Shown piece by piece: positions 29,322 to 38,087 of a stretch of DNA of 62,411 nt; the first letter of the stretch is position 1; every line of letters starts with the position of its first letter. A program made the translations under genes and the position numbers. The DNA comes from Candidatus Thorarchaeota archaeon. Its GTDB lineage: Archaea > Asgardarchaeota > Thorarchaeia > Thorarchaeales > Thorarchaeaceae. The DNA lies in contig JBHLRQ010000001.1 of NCBI GenBank assembly GCA_048882385.1, forward strand, positions 79,340 to 141,750. The letters run 5' to 3'. The notes beneath the pieces are model-generated. The model was not told where the DNA came from. It was given only the letters and a program-made list of their open reading frames with translations, and ran no database searches.

Positions 29322-31236
29322 GCTGGTTGAGGACAAATATAGAAAACTTGGACTTATGGTTGGTCTTGAACTTCACCAACAGTTAGACACGTCGAGAAAA
29401 TTGTTTTGTCACTGTGCAACTGTAGTTCGAGATGATGAACCGGATGGGAGTTTCATCAGAAGGCTACGTCCTACTCAAAGTGAAATGGGAGAAATCGATC
29501 CTGCTGCCTTGTTTGAATTTCAAAGACAAAAACGGTTTTGCTACGAATACTACAATGATACGACATGTTTAGTAGAAGCCGACGAAGAGCCTCCACATGA
29601 CCTATGCGAAGAAGCCATAGACATCTGTTTAACAATGGCCACATTTCTCAAATCAAAACCAGTCGATGAAATACATCCTATGCGTAAGATTGTGATTGAT
29701 GGTTCTAATACTACTGGTTTTCAGCGTACTACAATTATTGCAAACGGTGGAGAAGTAATTGTAGGGGACAAAACAATTGGTATCCAAACTATTTGCCTCG
29801 AGGAGGATGCAGCAAGAAAGATATCTGATGATGATAAGAACAACATGCGAATATACAGACTTGATCGCCTTGGAATCCCGCTCATTGAAGTGGCAACTGA
29901 CCCTGACATACGCACACCTGACGAAGCACAAGAAGTGGCACTAGCTTTAGGCCTACTTCTCAGATCAACAGGAGAGGTCAAGAGAGGTCTGGGCACAATT
30001 CGGCAAGACGTCAATGTATCCATTAAAGACGGTGCCATTATAGAAATCAAGGGGTTTCAACAACTGGATATGTTATCAGAACTTGTAGAATTTGAAGTAC
30101 AAAGACAAGAAACTCTGCTTAAAATCCGTGATGAACTAAAGGCTCGAGGAGTCAAACCAAAGGATATCAAGAAACGAATCGTAGATGTAACGGATATTTT
30201 CACAAAAAGTGAATCTAAAGTCATCAAAACCGCAGTGAAATCAGGTGGCGTCGTTTATGCAGTCATACTTCCTGGTTTTGCAGGTCTTATAGGAATGGAA
30301 CTCCAACCTGAGCGCCGACTTGGCACTGAATTTTCGGACTATGCTAAATTCTGGGGTAGTGTTGGAGGCATATTTCACACAGACGAACTACCAAAGTATG
30401 GAATATCTGAAACAGACGTATCAATGATGCGGAAGACCCTCAACGCTGCGGAGCAAGATGCAATCGTACTTGTTGCAGCTTCAAAGGATAGATGTAAGGA
30501 TGCTTTGAATGCAGTAATTGATCGAGCGAAAGTAGCTGCAAAGGGAGTACCAGCTGAAACCAGAACACCTCTTCCTAATGGTGCTTCAAAATACGCCCGG
30601 CCTCGACCTGGTTCATCACGCATGTATCCGGAAACTGATGTGAGACCGGTACAAATCACAGACTCACGTTTGAAGAGAATCAAGAAGAATATGCCTGAAA
30701 CAATCGAGGCCAGAGAAAACCGGTTCATCAAAGAATATGGACTTAGTACCGATCTGTCATACCAAATCACACGTTCAATCAATCTTAGCCTCTTTGAACA
30801 GATTATCAATGAAATAGATGTATCACCAACTCTTGTGGCTGCAACTTTAGAAAACACAATAGTCAGTCTCCACAGAGACCAAGTTCCTACAGATAATCTT
30901 CGAGATGATCATTTTCTTGGTTTATTCCAGTCAATATCCAGAAATGAGATATCTTCTGAAGCTATTCCCGAAGTACTGACATACCTTGCCAGCAATCCAA
31001 AGGCAGATACCCAAAAAGCAATTGAAGCAACTGGTCTGGGAATTGTAAGCAGTGAAGAAGTTGAAGATATAATCAAGAACCTTGTCAAAGAGCGTGAATC
31101 TTTCATTCGAACACAGGGTGAGCGGTCGATTGGTACACTAATGGGTGCAGCAATGAAGGAGCTCCGTGGAAAGGCTGATGGTAAAACAGTCAATGAATTA
31201 CTCAGAAAAGAGATCCAGAAACTTCTCAGTTCGTGA
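29257..31236 (+). CDS. gatE: Glu-tRNA(Gln) amidotransferase subunit E
   Basis: GLELHQQL, RKIVIDGSNTTGFQRT, LDRLGIPL.E, RMYPETD; true start probably near 29323. Confidence 0.97.
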   Translation: MLVKSTCVARSLSIAQTSEGIELVEDKYRKLGLMVGLELHQQLDTSRKLFCHCATVVRDDEPDGSFIRRLRPTQSEMGEIDPAALFEFQRQKRFCYEYYNDTTCLVEADEEPPHDLCEEAIDICLTMATFLKSKPVDEIHPMRKIVIDGSNTTGFQRTTIIANGGEVIVGDKTIGIQTICLEEDAARKISDDDKNNMRIYRLDRLGIPLIEVATDPDIRTPDEAQEVALALGLLLRSTGEVKRGLGTIRQDVNVSIKDGAIIEIKGFQQLDMLSELVEFEVQRQETLLKIRDELKARGVKPKDIKKRIVDVTDIFTKSESKVIKTAVKSGGVVYAVILPGFAGLIGMELQPERRLGTEFSDYAKFWGSVGGIFHTDELPKYGISETDVSMMRKTLNAAEQDAIVLVAASKDRCKDALNAVIDRAKVAAKGVPAETRTPLPNGASKYARPRPGSSRMYPETDVRPVQITDSRLKRIKKNMPETIEARENRFIKEYGLSTDLSYQITRSINLSLFEQIINEIDVSPTLVAATLENTIVSLHRDQVPTDNLRDDHFLGLFQSISRNEISSEAIPEVLTYLASNPKADTQKAIEATGLGIVSSEEVEDIIKNLVKERESFIRTQGERSIGTLMGAAMKELRGKADGKTVNELLRKEIQKLLSS

Positions 31237-31304
31237 ATCAAGGATAAGGTTAATTAGAGGAGTCCAAAGTGCACGTTTGCCAGACTTCATTATGAGTACA
31301 ACCC

Positions 31305-31447
31305 GCCGCAGTGGCCTAGCCTGGTTAGGGCGCGAGACTCATAATCTGGCCGGAATATCCGGTTGACAATGGGGTCATAAAGATTAGATGAGCGCCATGA
31401 GATGAGACATCTCGAAGTCGAGGGCTCGAATCCCTCCTGCGGCACCA
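31305..31447 (+). tRNA. tRNA-Met(CAT), probably elongator, with 65-nt intron at 37/38
   Basis: GCCGCAG/CTGCGGC-ACCA; CGAGA-CT-CAT-A[intron]A-TCTCG; BHB-compatible junctions. Ile2(CAT) not fully excluded. Confidence 0.88.
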
Positions 31448-31508
31448 CCACACTAGTATTTCATTTTTGACTTAACGGGGTTATTAGGAATAATCAATAC
31501 AAAAAACC

Positions 31509-31721
31509 ATGAAGATTGAGAAATGGAAATTGGTAGGAGGCCGCGTCTATAGACTCGCTGAAGTCTTTGACAATATTACTGACGCAGCAACAAGAGCGCG
31601 AGAGCTCAAGCAAGACAATCGAGTATTTTTATCAAAAACAAATGGTCCTCATTGGGCAGTGTATTACCGACCAAAGGACCCAGAAATCAAATGCACTCCT
31701 AAGTATTTCAATGTGGTTTAA
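31509..31721 (+). CDS. Small hypothetical protein, paralog of 35798-36001
   Basis: Shares W.LV.G.VYRL..V, WAVY.RPK, C and terminal VV with paralog. Confidence 0.8.
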   Translation: MKIEKWKLVGGRVYRLAEVFDNITDAATRARELKQDNRVFLSKTNGPHWAVYYRPKDPEIKCTPKYFNVV

Positions 31722-31771
31722 AACCAAGTATCTCTATGGGTGCTTAATAGAGTGCACATAGATATAGAGAT

Positions 31772-32083
31772 ATGAAACTCGACCCATTCTATAACGAAAC
31801 TGAACTCGATGAAAAACTAATCAGAGTGCAAACATTGGGTCGTATTATTTCTAGGATAAACAGAGTTCAGTTTGAACAACTTATCCGTATGTCTATCAAA
31901 TCTGGAGTTGTTGATGTTACAGGATGGACAGTTGAAGGTGTGAAAGCATTACTAACAGTTTGTGCAGAGGATAATCTTCGAATTACTCTAAAAGATGATA
32001 CGCGCTATTTCATGCCAGTCCGTTATCCAAAAGGTCCATTGATGGAATCTCTTGCCGCTGCAATAGTGACCGGAGAATGGTAA
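31772..32083 (-). CDS. Hypothetical protein
   Basis: 103-aa ORF filling the gap between convergent and divergent neighbours. Confidence 0.55.
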
Positions 32084-32140
32084 GTCTTCTTCGTTAACTT
32101 CTTTACTGGAATAGTTTCTTGTCATCTCTGGAGATGGAGC

Positions 32141-33352
32141 ATGAATCTTTCATTCAAAACACTTGACGATATTGACTACAAAGGAAAACGTGTCTTGGTT
32201 CGTGTTGACATGAACTGCTCGGTGGATCCTGTGACAAATCAAATCACAGACACATCTCGGATTGAAGCTATACAACAAACATTGCGTGAGTTGTCGAATT
32301 GTAAAGTTGTTGTAACAGCACATCAAGGTAGTCCAGGAAGTGATGATTTCATCTCTCTTGAACAACATTCTGAGATACTAAAAGACCTTGGATTCAACGT
32401 TAGTTTTGTTGATGACATATTTGGTGAAAAGGCAAAGAAAGCGATACATCAAGTCAAAGATGGTGAAATTCTAGTCCTTCAAAATGTACGGTACTTTGAA
32501 GGAGAACTCAAGAAAGCTCCGCCTCAAGAAGTAGCTCAAGAACCAATTGTTCAAGAACTCTATCCATTATTCGATTTCTTTGTGAATGATGCTTTTGGAG
32601 CTGCACATCGATCTCAAGCATCAATAGTTGGATTTACAACCGTATTGCCCTCCGTGGCAGGAAGATTAGTTGAAAAAGAAATTCGTACTTTGACTTCGGC
32701 TACTGATACTGAGCAACATCCATGGACTTTGGTTCTGGGTGGTAGTAAGGTGGCGGACAAAGTACAGATCCTCCAAAGACTCTTGGCTACCGATAGAGTA
32801 GATCATGCAGTACTTGGAGGTCTTGTCGGTACACTATTTTTGATTGCCGCAGAAAAAATACCTGAATCCTATTCAAAACCCATCAAAGGGTTTGAGTCAG
32901 CAATAGTTACAGCAAGAGAGCTTTTAGAGAACTATCCTGACCTGTTAGTCCTTCCAGAGGATGCAGCAGTTGAACATGATAGCATAAGAAGAAATTGTAC
33001 ATTCGAAGATATGGATAATGAACCATTTCTAGATATTGGACAACAAACCATTGAAAAATATCTCAAAATCATCAATAATTCTGCTGTTGTTTTTGCAAAT
33101 GGTCCAATGGGTTATTTCGAGAAAGAAGAGTTTGCAAAGGGCACCGCAGATGTACTGAATGCAATAGCAGATTGTCAAGGAATTACCGTTGTTGGCGGTG
33201 GACATATGGGTGCAATGGCAAAGAAACTATCCCTTGAAGATCGCATTACACATATCAGTACTGGTGGTGGGGCCACAATCAACTTCCTGACAGGAAAAAA
33301 ACTAGATCTTGTGGCTGCTTTGGAAGCCGCAGCAAAAAGGATGGACAGATAG
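32141..33352 (+). CDS. pgk: Phosphoglycerate kinase
   Basis: KRVLVRVDMN, AHQG, NDAFGAAHR, LGGSKV.DK, NGPMG.FE, HISTGGGA. Confidence 0.96.
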   Translation: MNLSFKTLDDIDYKGKRVLVRVDMNCSVDPVTNQITDTSRIEAIQQTLRELSNCKVVVTAHQGSPGSDDFISLEQHSEILKDLGFNVSFVDDIFGEKAKKAIHQVKDGEILVLQNVRYFEGELKKAPPQEVAQEPIVQELYPLFDFFVNDAFGAAHRSQASIVGFTTVLPSVAGRLVEKEIRTLTSATDTEQHPWTLVLGGSKVADKVQILQRLLATDRVDHAVLGGLVGTLFLIAAEKIPESYSKPIKGFESAIVTARELLENYPDLLVLPEDAAVEHDSIRRNCTFEDMDNEPFLDIGQQTIEKYLKIINNSAVVFANGPMGYFEKEEFAKGTADVLNAIADCQGITVVGGGHMGAMAKKLSLEDRITHISTGGGATINFLTGKKLDLVAALEAAAKRMDR

Positions 33353-33689
33353 TATGCAACTCCTTCAGGACCTTGTTATCCTACTCAGTCAATATCCAAT
33401 TGTTTGGATTACAGCAGGATATCTGATTGTAATCAATTTTCTAGCTATCTTCACAATGTGGTGGGACAAGAGAAGAGCTAGAAATGACGGTTGGCGAGTC
33501 AGTGAAGCAACTCTTCTCGTTTTTGCTTTCATCGGTGGAGCTATTGGTCTTATAGTTGGAATGTTTAGCTTTCGTCACAAAACAAGAAAGATGGTTTTTC
33601 AGCTCTTTGTAGTAATTGGTCTTTTTGTATCGCTTCTTTATTATTGGCTTGAATGGCAAGCAATATTCTGGCATCTGTATTTCATGTAA
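33353..33689 (+). CDS. DUF1294-family membrane protein
   Basis: DKRRA...WRVSEATL...GGAIG...FRHKTRK; ATG 33353. Confidence 0.9.
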
Positions 33690-33715
33690 TACAGAAATGT
33701 AAAACCAGATGAAGA

Positions 33716-33822
33716 TGGAGCCCCAGGCGAGATTTGAACTCGCGACCTGCTGATTACAAGTCAGCCGCTTTGGCCGGATCTCTAGATTCTTAGAGATACT
33801 ATAGCCTCTAAGCCACTGGGGC
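33716..33822 (-). tRNA. tRNA-Thr(TGT) with about 30-nt D-loop intron
   Basis: GCCCCAG/CTGGGGC-TCCA; GCTGA-CT-TGT-AA-TCAGC; insert with hairpin ATCTCTA..TAGAGAT in D loop. Confidence 0.9.
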
Positions 33823-33877
33823 ACGGATTGCACGACACCCTTGAATATATTATAGAGTTTTCGTAGTAGCAGCTAGC

Positions 33878-34420
33878 TCACTTGTCATGATACACATTGT
33901 CTATGATGATTGCGTATGCAAGTAACATCATTCTAGGTGCCATTGGATCTACAATGTGAATGACGTATCTGTCTTTGAAGTTGAACATTGGTGCGAATAT
34001 ATCTCTAAACTTATCCCCTTTCTCAATTACTGCATAGACTCTGTTCTTGTCCTGTGGATCAGTTATTCTAAAGTTCCATTTCATAACGCCGCCCTGCGCC
34101 TTGTATATCATTCTCTCTTCGGGATCATACATATCAATAGAACCTCTAAAGGCAATCATTGGTCTTTTTCCACGACCAATTAGGACCCCATCAGGAGTCT
34201 TTACATCATAGATCGGACGAGCGCTCATCAGCTTCTTGTTGATTATACAAATAATGGATTCATCAGGATTTCTAAGCTCAATCTCAGCGCGCATTGAGAT
34301 TAGTTTTCTTCTCATCGATCCTATCTTTTCACCCTGTGGATTGTAGATATCACCACCACCAAATTTCCATGCTTTTTCATGCATTACATAATACTCAATT
34401 GATGGATCTATAAGGCTCAT
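33878..34420 (-). CDS. LURP-one/Tubby-C/scramblase-like protein
   Basis: Repeated beta-hairpin units (IYNPQGEKIG, VKTPDGVLIG), FKDRYVIHI and terminal helix LLAYAIIID. Confidence 0.8.
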   Translation of the reverse strand: MSLIDPSIEYYVMHEKAWKFGGGDIYNPQGEKIGSMRRKLISMRAEIELRNPDESIICIINKKLMSARPIYDVKTPDGVLIGRGKRPMIAFRGSIDMYDPEERMIYKAQGGVMKWNFRITDPQDKNRVYAVIEKGDKFRDIFAPMFNFKDRYVIHIVDPMAPRMMLLAYAIIIDNVYHDK

Positions 34421-34693
34421 AGTTCGTCACCTTGAATCTAACTATAGTCTGTTTAAACCCAATTAAGACAAATTGGGTTGAATTCAAGTAATTAATTCAC
34501 CAGCAAAAGAACCAAATTGGTAAAAAAAATTGAATCAGTCAAGGACATGTTTATGAGTACCTGTGTGTAAGTAACTAGCAAGGACCGTATCTTTAAGAGA
34601 TGAATCCTTGTCACACACATGTCTTACAAACCCTAATCCTTACTAGAAAAGTAAAATAAGACTCAGAGACGCATCAGGACGACGTACCAGTAG

Positions 34694-35695
34694 GTGAACC
34701 AATTGCAATCGATATATCAAGACTTCACATCGTTCATATTCAATCTATTTCAAGGGCTATCAGATGCCCTGATTCCATTGGGTATTCCTTTTGGACCAAT
34801 AGCATGGTTTTTCATCATCACAATAACGCCAATGTTCCTAATAATAGTCCTACTGGTTGTACGTGGACGACGTGGTTCTACGTCAAGTGACGTAAGTGAG
34901 GCAGTAAGAAAAATCCTCGCATCAACAGGCGATGTTTCGGGTGGAATGGCTGGTGCCAAGAAACTAAAGTTTCTAAAAACTCCTGCACAAGCACTCGCTT
35001 TTCTTAAGGTTGAAGAAAATGCAATTCAACAAGCCTTGTCTGCAATTGACTATTATCATCAACAAGGCGACATTGATGAGGCTGTAAAGGACAAACTTGC
35101 TAGTGCCTATCAAGATCGTCTATCAACAGTCAAAGATGCTCTTGCGAAGGATGAACAACTAAAGCAGATTGTAGATACATCATCTGCGGTTGACAGAGCC
35201 CGATCTGACTATCTAGCCAAACTTGCAGCAATGTCTGGAACTGCAGTAGAAGATGATGCTGCTGAAGCTGGGCCCACAAGTGTTGGAATGCCTGACAAAG
35301 TTACAACAGCTCCCCCAAGTGGCGAAGCTCCAAGCGGTGCTCCTCCCAGTGGTGGTCCTCCAGGTGGCGGTCCTCCGGGTGGTGGACCTCCTAGTGGCGC
35401 TCCTCCAGGTGGTGCTCCCCCAGGCGGTGGACCCCCTAGTGGCGGTCCTCCGGGTGGTGCTCCTCCAAGCGGTCCGGCTCCAAGTGACGAACCTCCAAGT
35501 AGTGAACCCCCTAGTGGCGGTCCTCCGGGTGGTGCTCCTCCAGGTGGGCTTCCGGGTGGCGAAGCTCCAAGCGGCCCCCCAGGTGGTACAGCTCCTGATG
35601 GTACTCCTCCAAAAACAGCTGGTGGAAAGAGTTCACTGCAGTCTGAAATGCTTGCAGAGATGGAACGTCTCAAGGCTCTAATGGGTGGAGATTGA
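34694..35695 (+). CDS. Membrane-anchored protein with helical domain, Pro/Gly-rich linker and C-terminal amphipathic helix
   Basis: TM segment near aa 33-56, repeats of (S/G)G(G/A)PP, tail SSLQSEMLAEMERLKALM. Confidence 0.85.
   Translation: MNQLQSIYQDFTSFIFNLFQGLSDALIPLGIPFGPIAWFFIITITPMFLIIVLLVVRGRRGSTSSDVSEAVRKILASTGDVSGGMAGAKKLKFLKTPAQALAFLKVEENAIQQALSAIDYYHQQGDIDEAVKDKLASAYQDRLSTVKDALAKDEQLKQIVDTSSAVDRARSDYLAKLAAMSGTAVEDDAAEAGPTSVGMPDKVTTAPPSGEAPSGAPPSGGPPGGGPPGGGPPSGAPPGGAPPGGGPPSGGPPGGAPPSGPAPSDEPPSSEPPSGGPPGGAPPGGLPGGEAPSGPPGGTAPDGTPPKTAGGKSSLQSEMLAEMERLKALMGGD
35310..35610 (+). repeat. Imperfect 15-bp coding tandem repeat (GGxPP pentapeptides)
   Basis: Units such as GGTGGTCCTCCAGGT / GGCGGTCCTCCGGGT. 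Confidence 0.85.
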
Positions 35696-35797
35696 GGATC
35701 ACCTTTAGGACAATTGATAGATTTTTTCAATCCTAAGTGATACTATCGACCAAAATTACCATTCCATCATTATTAGGCAGCAGCTAGACATCACTAC

Positions 35798-36001
35798 ATG
35801 ATGAAGCTTTCAAGATGGCAACTGGTAGACGGACAAGTATATCGTCTTGTGGATGTGCTTCATAGCAAGAGAAATGCCGAAATCCTGGCAAAATCTCTAG
35901 AGGATAATTGTGCTATTGCTATAATATCTACCGAAGACGGTAGATGGGCTGTATATTGGAGACCAAAAACAGGAACTCTCTGTCCGTATGGTGTTGTATA
36001 G
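35798..36001 (+). CDS. Small hypothetical protein, paralog of 31509-31721
   Basis: WQLVDGQVYRL...WAVYWRPK...CPYGVV. Confidence 0.8.
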   Translation: MMKLSRWQLVDGQVYRLVDVLHSKRNAEILAKSLEDNCAIAIISTEDGRWAVYWRPKTGTLCPYGVV

Positions 36002-36068
36002 ACATCTCTCGGAAGGCTTTTGGGAAGCTTAGTGTACTAGTCATTCACACACCAGTGGAGACCATGAT

Positions 36069-36752
36069 ATGTCAACAATGAAGCTAAATGCTGCCAAAAG
36101 TGCATTAGAAAAGATACCCAAGAAAGGTCCAATTGGTCTTGGTAGTGGATCCACAGTAGCTATTTTTGCAGAAGAACTTGGTCAATTGATTTCAGCAGGA
36201 ACAAATGACATCTGTGTTGTACCTAGCTCCTACCAAGCCTACCAACTAGCAATCAGGCATCATATACCACTCACAAATCTTGATCTTAATCCAGAACTAG
36301 TTTTGACAGTAGATGGTGCTGATGAGGTCGACAAGAATCTCAATTTGACCAAAGGCGGAGGTGGTGCACTATTTCAAGAGAAGGTAGTTGCCTCAGCCTC
36401 AAAGAAGTTGATAATAATCATTGATGAATCCAAGCTTGTTGATAAACTAGCCTCTAAATTTCTGATTCCCATAGAAATACTTCCATTCTCACTCGGTGTA
36501 GTTCAGAGAAAAATCGTAAACATGGGTATCGAACCTATTTTGCGACAAGCTGAGAAGAAAATGGGTCCAGTGGTGACAGACAATGGTAATTTCATTATAG
36601 ACCTTAAATTTTCAAAACCAATAGAAGAACCTGAGAAAATAGCCACTGACCTAAAGATGATTCCTGGTGTTGTGGAAACCGGACTATTCATTGGAATGAC
36701 GGATGAAGTGCATGTGGGACAGGAGGACAAGGCCTACATTATCACAAAGTGA
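36069..36752 (+). CDS. rpiA: Ribose-5-phosphate isomerase A
   Basis: GLGSGST, DGADEVD, KGGGGAL.QEK, TDNGN, PGVVETGLF. Confidence 0.97.
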   Translation: MSTMKLNAAKSALEKIPKKGPIGLGSGSTVAIFAEELGQLISAGTNDICVVPSSYQAYQLAIRHHIPLTNLDLNPELVLTVDGADEVDKNLNLTKGGGGALFQEKVVASASKKLIIIIDESKLVDKLASKFLIPIEILPFSLGVVQRKIVNMGIEPILRQAEKKMGPVVTDNGNFIIDLKFSKPIEEPEKIATDLKMIPGVVETGLFIGMTDEVHVGQEDKAYIITK

Positions 36753-36755
36753 TTT

Positions 36756-37862
36756 TCACTGGTACATTGACCAGAATCTCCGGAATTTGTCTGTGTATGA
36801 TAATATATCCGTAGAGTCAACATATTGATTGATTCCACCCAAGTACTTCGGCAGCTGTCTGACTTCTTCATCCTTTATTTTTGCATATATTGCATCTGCA
36901 AAATTGTCTGCATGAATTACCATGAAGGGACGATTGTGGAACTGTGAGACCTTAGTAGTCAAAGAGTCAGTGATTCCCAAATCGTTATGCAAATTAGCTA
37001 TATACTCGTATGCTTTTGTTAGATAGCCCTGTCTCTCATGCCAATTATCAGCATCCATAATCTGAATGAATAATGGTGTAAGGGATTTTGCGTTTTTTAG
37101 CTTGGAAAAAGCAGACCCAAACCATTTGATGTAAGGTGCATACTTTCGTTCTACTAAGAAACATAGCATCATCATATCCCGAACTAATCGTGTAGCAATT
37201 ATGCGAGAGCCTAGCTCATCTCCAACCTGGGCAGATCTACCCACGAAGGCCTCCTCTTGAGCTATCCTTCTCCACTGATTTGATAACAGATACAACCACA
37301 GGTCATGAGGATAGTATTCCAATTTGCTCACTATTGATTCTAGTTTCTCCAAGCCGTCATGAAAAACTCTCCCGTTCGCAATGCTCTGGAGCATCTGCTG
37401 TGGGAGCACTAACCAGTCAATGATACGCAAATCTTCTGTTGGATTGAAACCAAGATATTCGATAAAGAATCCACTGACTGTATTAACCTCTACACCATGG
37501 TTGATAGGTCCATTGTTAATGGGATGCATCCTCGTAGAACCATCATCATGACGACCAAAGTTAGTTGGAAATCCACGTATCTCGTATGGAAGGTTCTCAC
37601 GAAGGACGTCATCTATCTTCTCTTTTATCGCACCATAGTCTGAATCGTTCAAGAAAATCTGCAGCTTTGGCCCCCAATCATGATCCATTGACTGTGCGGT
37701 ATCATAACCCAGTACATCAGACCCCCGACCTATGCGAGCAGCCGAATAAACGAGATCAGGGAAATGTTCGTCGATGATGTGTTTCACGGCTTCTCGATAG
37801 AAAGCCTCACTCAGGTCCAACCCCGGTAAGAAATCATAGGGCGGGTGATCTTCATCACTCAT
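36756..37862 (-). CDS. DUF4037-domain nucleotidyltransferase-like protein
   Basis: GRGSDVLGYD..S.DHDWGP, G.VFHDG, YAPY.KW. Confidence 0.85.
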   Translation of the reverse strand: MSDEDHPPYDFLPGLDLSEAFYREAVKHIIDEHFPDLVYSAARIGRGSDVLGYDTAQSMDHDWGPKLQIFLNDSDYGAIKEKIDDVLRENLPYEIRGFPTNFGRHDDGSTRMHPINNGPINHGVEVNTVSGFFIEYLGFNPTEDLRIIDWLVLPQQMLQSIANGRVFHDGLEKLESIVSKLEYYPHDLWLYLLSNQWRRIAQEEAFVGRSAQVGDELGSRIIATRLVRDMMMLCFLVERKYAPYIKWFGSAFSKLKNAKSLTPLFIQIMDADNWHERQGYLTKAYEYIANLHNDLGITDSLTTKVSQFHNRPFMVIHADNFADAIYAKIKDEEVRQLPKYLGGINQYVDSTDILSYTDKFRRFWSMYQ

Positions 37863-37927
37863 CCAATTATCTCCATATTTGACAATAGCACAGCTGAATT
37901 TGGATATTGCGGCTTAGTATTAAGAAG

Positions 37928-38034
37928 TGGCGGGCCCGCCCGGATTTGAACCGGGGATTACTAACTTAGGAGGCTAGTGCCCTATTAACCTCCAACGAGT
38001 TGTTTCTCATTGGTCCAGGCTAGGCCACGGGCCC
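37928..38034 (-). tRNA. tRNA-Arg(CCT) with about 29-nt D-loop intron
   Basis: GGGCCCG/CGGGCCC-GCCA; CTAGC-CT-CCT-AA-GTTAG; insert CCAATGAG..CTCGTTGG hairpin in D loop. Confidence 0.9.
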
Positions 38035-38087
38035 TTGGATTTCTGCGTGTGAGATGTCAGTTGTTAAAGCTTTTGTAGAGTCTTGGT

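Noticed and set aside
31343-31407. C/D-box guide RNA inside the tRNA-Met intron
   Set aside because: The ATGAG words are explained by BHB pairing with the anticodon loop; no clean C and D boxes.
34451-34481. Inverted repeat AACCCAATT...AATTGGGTT between divergent genes
   Set aside because: Single occurrence; probably an ordinary operator and not assignable.
35209-35730. Antisense and alternate-frame ORFs over the Pro/Gly repeat
   Set aside because: Shadows of the GC-rich coding repeat.
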